Source of the DNA: Lingula anatina
Taxonomy: Eukaryota > Animalia > Brachiopoda
Reading direction: 5' to 3'
NCBI GenBank assembly: GCA_051362555.1
Contig: CM120644.1
Location: forward strand, 14,964,534 to 15,028,533
Length of the DNA stretch: 64,000 nt
Shown here: in pieces, positions 25,310-37,003 of the stretch
Layout of the letters: each line of letters opens with the position of its first letter
Position numbering within the stretch: the stretch's first letter is position 1
Translations under genes and position numbers: made by a program
The notes under the pieces: generated by a model
Seen by the model: only the letters and a program-made list of their open reading frames with translations
What the model was told of the DNA's origin: nothing
The model's database searches: none

Positions 25310-27270
25310 TTACAAACACTTTATATGATTTAACGTTAGGCAGGTGTTAGCAGAGGTCGTGCCCTCGAGAACCCAGCACGTGGGTCTGCCCGTGCTCCCT
25401 TCCTTTTCATAACGGGCAATGTGTAAATGTGTGCCCGTAGAGCAAGACCTCCGCCCTGGGGCGTGATACACGACGTAATAGTCTCCAGTGAAGATATCAC
25501 TGCTTTTGAGACGTTCCCACGCGGTTCTCGAATTGACGTCGCTTATTGTGATGTCAGCGGCTTGGCCAATGGCGTGCTGGGAGTAAAAAAAAATGACATT
25601 GTCAATATTCTAAAAGAATAAAACAATAACGTACCTGTTATAGCCTAGAATGTGTAACAAGGGGTGTACGTTTATACCTGGCCTGTGGCACCTTGCTCGA
25701 ATTAAAAAAAATCTTTTTGGATCATTTTTTTTTCTTTTTTCCTACAGTTTCTTTTATCCTTCCTTATAATCCCTCTTAAAATTCAATCACAATGGGAATT
25801 TGGACAACTGAAACAATTATTTGAGAGGCTGAAAAACATAAACAGAACGGGAAACCTACTTGGAGCATTTACCACTCATTTCATAATAATGTTTTCATCG
25901 CCTTTCTCAGAATGCTTAAGTCAGCTTTGTTAGACAACTCTTACTTACATACTTATCTTTTCCTTCGCGTAGCCCGCTATGTACAAAGACATAGGCCCCC
26001 ATGTAATTCGCAATCTCCTGTAGTTTGTTCTTCAGTGCTTCACTGTGCAATACGTTTTTTCCGTAAAGGACTGTACCAGGACCTGTGAACACAAACTTAC
26101 TTTTTTTAACTAAAATATATTAACAATCTCACTCTGGGTTTTGGATTGCAACTTCAGTATCACACCGGAGAGCGAATTACCAATTCAAAAAAAGGCATCA
26201 ATTGGATAACTCACCTCTTTCCACTATACAATGATATTTTCCTGATTCGAGCTTCCGATAAAGTTGCAATACCATGACCTTGCATCAGTCTAATATTTCA
26301 ACCAATACATCCCGAAGACTTTTCAGAAAATCACTCAGTTGCTTTACATAATGCCAAGAGGTTTAAACGGAAGACAAGCGCAAACACGTTTATTCCGTTT
26401 TCTTTAACCAAAATTTAAAAAATAATTTTAAAAAAAACTTATCTTTAAAGTTCTTATTTAAAATAGATTAGTAGATTTGAATAAATAGATCAATTCTGAG
26501 AAGCCTTGCCTTCACAATCTTTTGGCCTCTGATAAGAGACAAAGCTGCCCATGTGACTGTGACCTGTGTCCTTGACATCAGAATATAGCCAGCATGCCGT
26601 CCAAATTGCATGGTAGGTCATGGCGCGGCATCTGGCGTCCTTTTCGCATTCCATCCTGCACTTGCGCTCATTCCCATTCAAAAAAAGATCATATGAATCG
26701 CCATTCAAAAATAACCCAGGAAGTTTTGTCATCCGACAATCCGCTGGAAAATTAATTGTAAAAGTGTAAATAATTGGGTATGTAATGCATTGTAGGATAT
26801 ATCATGGAAGTACATGGTATGTAATCGAAACGCCTGGAGGCCTATTGTCCGGTGGGCGTACAGGGGCGGGACAAAAGCCACCGTTGATAGGCATACGCGA
26901 CGGGGGGAAGGGGGGTACCGCTTCAAATGAAAGGGTAGTCCGCGAAGATATCAGAACACACGTCCTGTAATCATCAAGGAGATGTCTGTAAGATCACCCA
27001 ACGTTTTCATGCAAAGATTCCAGAAACTAATTTTCAATTCGAAACCCCCATCATCAAATGTTTAGTATAATTCAAAAGCCGAAAGCAATGGATACTAAAG
27101 AGATTTTTCATTCTTTTAAATATGCTCATTTTTGTAATATTCATTTTAATGTAATATTCATTTTAACATCTCAGTTACTTCGTACCCATATGCCAGACAA
27201 CGCACTTACGTCTAAACACAGCGATGGTTCCAACCCCAAGACTCAGTAGAATTGTCAGCGCTACAGTCAT
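25310..27270 (-). CDS. Secreted PAN/Apple + M15-like zinc peptidase, copy C (GC donor at intron 2)
   Basis: Exons 27270-27210, 26743-26510, 26082-25949 and 25576-25310 give an open frame with intact motifs. The intron-2 donor reads GCAAGG. Confidence 0.8.
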
Positions 27271-28090
27271 GGTGGCGTTCGGTTCTGCAGAGTCCCTTTG
27301 CTGTTGCAAACTTAAGACCCTGGTTGGTCGAACGCTTGGGGTTTTATATTCATTGTCGATTGACGGCCAAGTGAGACACTAGCTAATAAGTACAAACTAA
27401 GCAATTCCAGACTTACATTACGACAATTTCACAGATAAACCAGATTAAAATAGAAGATGGTTTGAAAAACATAGGATATTGCATTGCGCAAAATGGACAT
27501 TGTCACTGTTATTCTGCTGTTAATACGTAATTTATATCTGACTCTAATCCATTTTTGCAAGTAATAGCACACGTATATCTACCATAAGTGTATATATTAT
27601 ATAATTTTGGATATTGCGGGACGTTAACAGTAAGTGCAATGTCTTTTGCCTAGTTAACAAACAAGACTAAATAAAACCATTTATACAAAAATACGTTGCA
27701 GGGGTATTAAAAAAACGAAAATAAAAATAAAAAACAAACGACACATGCAATGTAAGTACGGGATGAGTGCTGAATGGTCATATATCCTTTTCTATATTTT
27801 GCTTCCCACACCCCTAAACATATGTACGTAATATGTACCTTAGTTTACTGCTACTTCTAAACTGACGAATATCCCTTCACAAGACAGAAACAACCCACCC
27901 GTTTATGTTCGACTTTTTTAATCAATTTGTCAAATTTCGTTTTAAAGTACACCTGAATGTATTCTTGTCAGTTTGATGAATCCTTCGTCAGCTAACCATT
28001 TCCTCGGAGAGATTATTTTAAAGGACACCTGTTGGCGTCGGTCTCACGAACCCGTCCTATTTCACTAAATCTCCCCAATACTAATATGTA

Positions 28091-28597
28091 AACATGGACC
28101 TTCGAAATAGTTTACCTTATATTACACCATGACAGCTACGGTGAAAACAAAGAGACGGACAGCCTCCTGCGTACACCATGGTTGGAACACAGCAAAGTTG
28201 ATAACGCAAGAATACGAGAGTTGGGCGAAGTCCCGCGACCACGAGTTTTCAAAACACACGTGTCTGCGCACCAGCTACCTGAGCAAATGCGAGAGAAGCA
28301 CTCAAAGATGATACACGTGTTGAGAAATCCTAAGGATATCGCCGTCTCTTTCTACCATTTCTACCGTATGAATGTTAATCTTGGTCGTTTTCTAGGCACG
28401 TGGTCTGAGTTCTACGAGATGTTTATGGCGGGAAAAGTTTCCCGTGGATCATGGTTTGACCACGTGCTTCAGTTTTGGCGGGAATTTAAAGAAAGACGTT
28501 TTGTTTCCACTACGAGGTCATTGTTAAGGACCATGCTGGGGCAGTTCGGAAGATTGCCAAATTTCTTGGGAAAGCTCTAAGCGAGAATGTTGTCGAT
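28091..28597 (+). pseudogene. Sulfotransferase pseudogene (5' two-thirds of exon 2)
   Basis: RTPWLEHSK..RVFKTH..RNPKDIAVSFYHF..SWFDH, then frameshifts and truncation. No acceptor or exon 1 is attached. Confidence 0.88.
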
Positions 28598-28758
28598 ATG
28601 AAAATGTCCCTTTTTGAATCACTCTTTGTGATGTCTACCTTACGGTTGATATACTTTATCTTTATCTGGAATTTGTACACAGCTGAACGAGTGCGTTGTA
28701 ATGATGAAGCCAGCAGTTTACACTGAATTAGCTCCATGTAGGGCAACGTTAACAACTG

Positions 28759-28805
<47 letters not shown>

Positions 28806-30459
28806 TCCTCGCACGTCTTAGCAGCAAATATGCCACCCCGCTAAAAAATATAATAAAATAGATAAATAAAGAATTGTAAATTGATAAAAAAATGCCCTTT
28901 GCTTTACAATTTAAAATGTCGTTTCTCTCAATGCCCAGTTTGACTTTCAAAATGAATTAATTAATATTTTGCTATAATCTATATAAGAATAACAAAAAAA
29001 AAAAAAGGAAATTCAAAAGAGTCAATTAGTAATTTTATTAATTTTGAACTTGGGTTTTCAGCGTTAGAAATACACTATTGCTACACATACTGGTAGTGAA
29101 GAGTTTAGTCAGCTGTGGAATAACTCATTATGGTGGATTTGATAAACATCCTTCACTACATGAACTCTGCGTTAATAACGCTTTAACAAACGTCAGTGAG
29201 ACAGGAAATGTGTCCTAGGAATGAAGCCCGAGCTCCCATATGATAAGCATGTCACCTGTACAAAGTAATGGATCCGAACGGACTACGGTTCCTAGCAACA
29301 TTTTATAACAAATTTTGGTAATATATGTAAAAGTTGTTTTATTAGAGCAAGAATTGTTTTCCTGATTAAAAAAGAGCCTTTTTTTCTGGGTCACTCCCTT
29401 TTTGTCATGGGTTGTAATTCTAACATCTTTTGCATGTACTAAACATGATTTTTAATCTGCCAAGGCTTGGTTTTATTTGTCTTTTATGAAAACATAAAAA
29501 TATAGCACAAGTAGGTCTCACTTTAAAAAGGTCCACTTTTTCCGCCCCCCCCCCTTTGGATTTGCTGGCTACGGGCCTGCTTCAAAGTTTGGCAGTGCAT
29601 GTAAAACAAAAAATGTACTCCAAAATACAAGACTAAAACACTAGAACCTCCGTATTTTGTATTACCGAGGACCTCAGGGTCGTTGTAGTCAGGTTAATCT
29701 TCTTCTTGTCAATTCTTAAGAAAATCAAGCTAAGCAAAATAGTATCACTCACGAGTAAAGGGGCTCTTAAGTCGCCCACTGTTAATTTTCTGAACACATA
29801 TCAAAATGGAATTTAACCCGTAATAATGAAGCCGCTCCTAGTATTTATGTTTTCGGTAGAATATTTGTTATCCTCCACTTTTTGCCGAAAGCAAATAGAT
29901 CAAAGATGTGAGTTTTGTTGAAAAAAAAAAGACCGGTAAGATACAGGGTGTGCAAAAGGGATGTATTTATTTATTTATTTTGTATGATTCCGATGAACAT
30001 TTGGTCGATTTTGAAATTGTGCTGATAATCTTGCTTGAAACGGCTGAAGTGAGCTTAAAATGTTCTGTTTTACAAAAGGAATTAAGATCATGTCAAGAAG
30101 ATCGAATAATTTGACATCACTGCTTTCCATGTATATTAAAGTCAATTGCGAGCAGCGCACACAATATTTATATTATACAAGAAATGACAGACTGAAAGGA
30201 CAAAATGGTCAAATGCAGACACAAGAAGAGAACATTGTCCGTAATGGAACGAATTACTTTTTTTTTCTTTTCTACTGCACAATTTGAACTAAAGTTAGCT
30301 ACAGAATAAAACGTATCGTTAATTTAAATGCTGTGTACATTTTGCTTGCTCCCAGTGAATGATAGCACAATTAAACATTAAGTGCATGCTACTGTTTCAT
30401 TTTTGCAGTCAACTGGGTGGGAACGAAAAATAATATAATTATCTAAATGAATTTGTTTT

Positions 30460-31842
30460 CTAGGATTGACTATTACCAGGTCTACAACAATTAGCGATAC
30501 CATGAACTAAGAACATGAGTCGCTTCCTAAACACATAGGACCTCAGTGTATATATGTAAGGATTAGCACATGCATTAATAAATGCAAATGAGCATGCAAT
30601 TAGATTGGCAATATAATCGTCTTTACTCAGATTGGGCAACCGTGATTTCAATACCATAGAAATGACTACAAAGGGCAAAATACTTATTAGAAATATGGCT
30701 AGTAAAATGACACTAGACAAAATAACGTGGCAGTCTTTCTGTATGACTTTTACGTAGTGCATGTCCGAACCTGAGCGAACCTCCGTAGCGTCGGCCGATT
30801 CTTGAGTTATTATATCTATGGCGTCTGCGGCGTTATCGCTTTCTCTTGTCCATCGAATTTGAACATTAGCGCGATTATCAGTTTGGAGGAATTGCGAAAC
30901 ATCCATTTGCTGCGAGGTGGAAACAGGCGGCTCTACTGGTAAATCACCGTCGCCTCCATCTGGATTGTCGTGCACCGTTATTGTGGAATGTGCGGTTCCG
31001 GTAGATCCAGGTAGACTATGAGCACGGCGATTACCTTGATCCCGTCGTGAGTTTTGCTCTAAGGGAGTAAAGGTCGGTGAAAGTGATTCTTCTGTGTGTT
31101 CGCTATCTACATGTACCGCTAAAAACATATCGACATTTGCGGATATTGTTTGTATATTATGGCCCGCGTAGTAGGGTTTTATCAACTTGCGTTGCCTTAT
31201 AATTTTCCTAACCACTGACAAGTAAGATGAAGTTATCACTACGATGCAGGTTAGCATTATTGTGAAAGTAAATGTGAATAAAAACCCATGCGATTGTCCT
31301 TGAACCTTATGGCATTGGATAAGAATAAAATATGTATCGTCAGACACGGAAATTAATACAAAAAATATGATGCCAAGAATCCATTGCACAGTCAAACACA
31401 TTTTGAAAATATGCTTGTGAACGATCAGACTAGGTTTGTGGAATTTTGCTGCCCGAAGGACACTGATACTTGCCAAAATGACAACGTTCATAAATGGCCC
31501 CGTTGCTACAACACGTCTTAAGAAACATTTAATAAAAACTGTCGATTCACTCCATGGCCAAATAATCATGACGAATACCGGACACACAAAAATGGACACG
31601 AACAGGTCGACCAGTGCTAAATTAATGTGGAATGAATTCCACCATGTTCTAAGAGCCGGTGTTCTTCTTGTGATAATAAGAACGCAAATGTTACCGAACA
31701 CTCCAAAGATTGCCAAGGCGGTGGTCAACAAAGTCACCGTGATGTTGGCCCATTTGACGTCGTCGTAAAACCCTGGCTGATCCCACAGTTTACCCATGCC
31801 TTCTGTTGTATTATCATCAATGGACGAGTTTGTCGGCACCAT
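30460..31842 (-). CDS. Intronless rhodopsin-like (class A) GPCR, orphan
   Basis: 460-aa ORF with seven hydrophobic segments, N-terminal N-glycosylation sequons, GN (TM1), NLALVD (TM2), LPF (TM6), NACANPYIY (TM7) and a long third intracellular loop. Confidence 0.92.
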   Translation of the reverse strand: MVPTNSSIDDNTTEGMGKLWDQPGFYDDVKWANITVTLLTTALAIFGVFGNICVLIITRRTPALRTWWNSFHINLALVDLFVSIFVCPVFVMIIWPWSESTVFIKCFLRRVVATGPFMNVVILASISVLRAAKFHKPSLIVHKHIFKMCLTVQWILGIIFFVLISVSDDTYFILIQCHKVQGQSHGFLFTFTFTIMLTCIVVITSSYLSVVRKIIRQRKLIKPYYAGHNIQTISANVDMFLAVHVDSEHTEESLSPTFTPLEQNSRRDQGNRRAHSLPGSTGTAHSTITVHDNPDGGDGDLPVEPPVSTSQQMDVSQFLQTDNRANVQIRWTRESDNAADAIDIITQESADATEVRSGSDMHYVKVIQKDCHVILSSVILLAIFLISILPFVVISMVLKSRLPNLSKDDYIANLIACSFAFINACANPYIYTLRSYVFRKRLMFLVHGIANCCRPGNSQS

Positions 31843-32312
31843 TGCGCAGTGATGTTTGCTCTGTACAAGTGTATGTGCCTTTAGAAGTTGGACGTCAATC
31901 TAGCCCGTGTAGTCTTCTCCTTGAAGAATCTCTCCTAGGGGCGTTTCCTACGTGTCGGTATTTCAGAATGACGAATAATAAAGATTACAACTCAACGTTA
32001 CACCTTGCGACGACGTTATATATATCGACAATTTAAAGTAATGCATATACCAGTACTTGTATATTGAATGTATGTAACGAGATCTTTAAACAGTATCGTC
32101 CAAGATGTGAGTCATTCATTAACACGTAGTGCATGGATACTATAGATAGAAAGTAAGTGTGAATGTGCGGGGGTTAAGGTGCAAATAATTCTTTTCCTTC
32201 CGGGGTGGGGGGGGGGGGGGGGTGGGGGGGGGGGGCTGGGTACTCTTTGTGTTACAGTCTTCCAAAATCCAGTGATATACTTGGAATATACATTTATCGT
32301 TTATCATCATGT

Positions 32313-32356
<44 letters not shown>

Positions 32357-33034
32357 TATTATTATTTTTTTTATTATGTTATTGAAAACATAAATAACTG
32401 ATATTCAATTGGAGGAATTTATTTGAAAAAGAAGTGGTTTTTGTAAATAATTTGGGGTTCGGGGCCTGCTCAAGGGTCCCGACAAGATTTTGGTTTTGGA
32501 GGGTTAACGGTGCCCTATGGTACGGTCTAGAACCATGATTCAACTAGTCAAAATTCGAATTTCAAGAGGGGAATATTGGTGTGATATATTTTTCAGAAAC
32601 CGAAGGGGGGGGGGGGGGGTGGGCAGGACCTCCCTAACCCCCCACCCCCTAAATCCGTCACTGGGCACATGTGGAAATACGCCAATAATATCTGCCACTG
32701 TGGTAGAGGGTAGTACCCTACTGCATTTAGTTTCTCAAATCCTGTATCCCTTTTCTCCCCCCAGATCATCACTCTCACATCGCTCATTTCCCCGCACAGT
32801 TAGTACCCCCCCCCCCCCCAATCGCTATTCTCCCACATTTTAGATTATGTACCCTAGCTTGGTTAAAATGCAACATACATTAAGTGATTATCAATCTTGA
32901 ATCCTTAATTTAAATACAACATTTTCTATCAAAAGCACGTCCTCCTGGGACAGTAAGTCAGGATTTTTTGAAAACCAAAAATTATTTCAAGAGATTGTGA
33001 TTCTACATAAAACCAGTCTAGTTATCTATTTATC

Positions 33035-33107
<73 letters not shown>

Positions 33108-33969
33108 TGTAGTAGCAGTAGTTGTAGTAGTGGTAGTATTAGTACGTGTAAGTGCAGAGTGACAACATCTGATACATTATACATATGTATAGTAAACATT
33201 TGAGTTTTTGTTTCAGCTTTTGAGGTCCAGTTCAGTTGTACCTTGATTTAAATGCTGTCTACCTGAGACTGTGTGTAAGTTTGGAGATTTTGGTGCAATA
33301 TTGCACTTTTCAAGAAGTATTGACATATTAGACAAGGTTGTTGTAATGAAATCCATATCTTAGCTTATGTAAGAAAAATAGTTGCTTATTGTTGATAAGA
33401 CACAAATAATTTTTTGTGTTTTTTTTTTGTGTTTTTAAAATTAATGATTAAACAATTTTGCCAAGCAAGAGGACAGTCTATTATGATATAATTGGGATTC
33501 CAATGAATTATACTCGAAAACAATTCAGAAAAGCAATTAAAAATAGGTGTGTCTTTTTATTTTTTTTTTAAATTTTTATAAATTTTTAAAATTTATATAA
33601 ATGATAAAGTATCATTTTACTACCTTATACCAGGGGCGCAGATTCATATTTCTCTAGATATTCACAGGCAAGTCTCCAGTTAAGCGATGGAACTTTTCTA
33701 CACTTCACGTCGGAGAGAAGTGGACAGATTAAAAACTGCGACACTGCTAGAGGTTATATTTTAGTGAAATTAAGAACCTTAATAGAGTGACCCGATAAGT
33801 GCATTAAGATCTTATTTTACAACGTGAATGTAAATCAATTAATGAGATTTGAAAGACACAAGAAGTGATTTCTATTCAGCCGTCAAGCCAATTAGTCACA
33901 ACAACCTTACAGTAGATCTTAACTGTGACACGTCAACATTTGTCGATGAGAAGTCTTTTTCATCTCTTA

Positions 33970-34184
33970 GACTGCATTCCCATAGATTTAGATCGATCCA
34001 TCTAGATCGACCTAACTCCCTGGGGGTTCACGCTAAATTGATGTCAGCCGAGCGCGCACGGTAGTTAATTACCCCCTTACAGTTTTTAGTAGGCGGGACA
34101 GACACTCAAGCCGGCTAAGCTGACAGAAATCTAGCGTGACTCCCCACAGGGATAGATCGACCTAAAGTCTGTGGGAATGGGGTC
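33970..34184. mobile_element. MITE with imperfect TIRs; second copy at about 43095-43310
   Basis: GACTGCATTCCCATAGATTTAG ... CTAAAGTCTGTGGGAATGGGGTC flanked by TA. The internal sequence recurs in an intron of PAN-M15 copy D. Confidence 0.75.
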
Positions 34185-35204
34185 TAATTGCCCGCATATC
34201 AGCTTGTTTTATAATATAACGAATATAATGCAAGAATAGAGCAGTATAATACAGCTGAATGATTCAGAATATTCACTTTGATACTAGTGCAATATTATTA
34301 CGAATGCACAACGTAAAGCAAAGCATATTTCATTTTATTACAACCCCATGTATCCTTTAAATGTAATTATAATTAAATTAACCTTATCACAACACACAGA
34401 AGCATATTTTGTTACATTTTATTTTCACCCCTAGTAGTTTAAGTTCAGTTTAGTCACCATCATCAGGGAGTAAATGACTAGGGACCCTGACAATCACAGA
34501 AATATTGGAGGTAATACCCACATATTTTATAAGCTCTTGATAAAAAGAAAAACAATAATTTAAATTGATACATACAGAGCTAATGAAATTGTTCTCTCTA
34601 GCTATTATTATGTAGCCTCAACAAACAATGGTGATCTTTTGCTGATGTATCCTGCTGTTTATGACACCTCATAAAATAAAAATAAAGATGTAAACGACTG
34701 TTGATCCTCAAACGTATATCTGCACGAAGAAATCACAAGATTTGAGATTCACTCTGATGTTGTTGAGAAGCATTATAAATTATAGACACCATTAACCAAT
34801 ATACCTTCCCAGATGTTACTTGCTTATTCATAAAGATGACAGCCAGCATCATATGTCTGAGTTTGATTTAAACTAGTACTGTGTTGCAAACTGAATATTT
34901 TAGCGTCACCAAATTTACTATAACACGGTAGTGTTATACAATTTGTCTCTGCCTTTAAATCACATTTTCAATCACGGAAGAGAAACCAAAATTAGAAACA
35001 AAAATCTCGGTAGAGTAATTTATTTAAGTAATTGAAGATACACCCCTTTCAGATGACAGAAAATGGAAACCCGGTGCCGACTCTAAAATTGTATAAATAC
35101 TTTGGCCTCATTATAGTCATTTCGCTCTTTTGATCTCTTCCACCAAAAACAGTCACTACACCTGGGGAAATTTCAGTTGAGGCCATTCCCAGGTCCGAGC
35201 GTTA

Positions 35205-35574
35205 TGTAACCTTCCTACCCGGAGAACATGTCCGTGTTCAGGGCTACTATGAAATGTAATATAGTCCCTGTATTTAGTTTTCTCATACTTCATATTAATC
35301 ACGTATGTTACCTTTAGTTCCTTTATTATTCCTATAAATTACACACATTTAGTAATAGTTATTGGGCATGCAGGACTTGGAACGATTCCCTATAAAATGA
35401 GGGCTTCTCAGTTAGTGAGAGAGAGAGAGACCCCGGGAGATCGTCGTGACTGTCCCTGCCTGCGTGCCAGATTGTAGCCCGTCAACAAATAAAGATCTTC
35501 ATGAGATACCATTGATGTCTTCGGTGTTTTCAAGTTTGCTACTCGCTCAGAATTAAGTAACCAACTGGGTTACA
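35205..35574 (+). mobile_element. Probable solo LTR (370 bp)
   Basis: Termini TGTAACC ... GGTTACA with an internal TATAAAA (about 35391) followed by AATAAA (about 35488). No clean 4-6 bp TSD. Confidence 0.55.
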
Positions 35575-36318
35575 TTACGCCTGGGTTAGAAGATAGATGG
35601 ATGATGGGGGAGGTGGGGGGGGGGGGTTATTTCAATGCGTTGAATACTATATTTGTTTATGTCTTTTCAGAATACAGATAACTTGAAGCAAAAATGGCAA
35701 CGGCGGCATAGTGCCCAAGGAAAAGCTATCAAAAAGTGAAGTCCTAACGCAGAACTTTTTGACAGATACTGGCGGCAACTTGTGGAAAATTAAAGTGATG
35801 CTGTAGTATTAGTTATTCGTTAAAGATAGTGTTTCAAATAATGGAAAATGAAATGAAAGCCTCCTTTTTCCATGGATTGTGATACTTTATGAAAGCGCTG
35901 CTGTTAAAAAAAATCAAGTTTATTAATCCAATTTAAATATCGACGAGGGGGCGTCAAACATTTTTACTCGAAAATAGAGTTACTTAATAGGCATCGTCAA
36001 CAAGGCAAATTTTCACTTGCCAGTCCAGTTAAAGATCTTAAAGCTGTAAAATAAGACCCAATACACAATCTACACAGTGTGTTTATTTAAAAGTTTACCC
36101 CCACAAAAAAGATAAAACCAGCAACAGGGCTAGATGATAGTGCGTGATAGCCTCTTCGGTTTCTTTGATTAGCACTGATAGGGTTGAAAAAGTACAAGTG
36201 TTGACTCGATTTCGTCTACAAATATGCTCCAAAGAGTTAAAACTTCAACAGAAATTAGCAATATTTAGTTGGTTAAGAAGACTTCCTATCACCTGGATAA
36301 TATAAAGGATCCTCCTTG

Positions 36319-36381
<63 letters not shown>

Positions 36382-36555
36382 AATATTATTCACAGCTCTG
36401 GATTTCCATCTAAAATAAAATCTTCCCTTTGTGTCATAGCATATGCATGCTCACACCTTAATTTCTATCTCTTGCAATGTTACTAAGATCTTTCTCGCTC
36501 TGCACGATCAGTCCATTATTCATTACCTGTAGCAATTTATTGACGCCAGTTTGTA

Positions 36556-36604
<49 letters not shown>

Positions 36605-36750
36605 CGAGAATGAGTGTGTGAAAGTTTGCGTGTGTGTGTGTGTGTGTGTGTGAGTATGTGTGTGTGTCGAGAGAGAGAGAGAGAGAGAGAGATTGTGTGT
36701 GTGTTTGTGTGGGTGGTGTGTGTGTTTGTGTGGGTGGTGGGTGTGTTTGT
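36556..36750. repeat. Compound (GT)n/(GA)n microsatellite
   Basis: Alternating GT and GA runs; similar tracts at about 1839-1905, 28761-28803 and 59321-59389. Confidence 0.95.
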
Positions 36751-37003
36751 CTCACCATGGGTTTTACAGTATACCTGAGACTATCCAATGAATTTTCAAC
36801 ATGATTTTGCACCTCGCAATGGACATAACACTTGTCTTTTAGGTAACTGTAAATACCAGGGTGCTTTAATTTTGTCCAGCTGCAGTCACATATGGAAGAC
36901 GCAGTTGTTAAAGATGAAATGATAACACAATATTTTACAACGACATCATCGATCAGGCCAAAAAGACAGCAAAAACTAGGCTTGTATTTTCATAATTTCA
37001 AGT

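Noticed and set aside
32179-33203. ORFs with poly-Y/L/I/S/G runs
   Set aside because: Artefacts of (ATT)n, (AGT)n and poly-G tracts.
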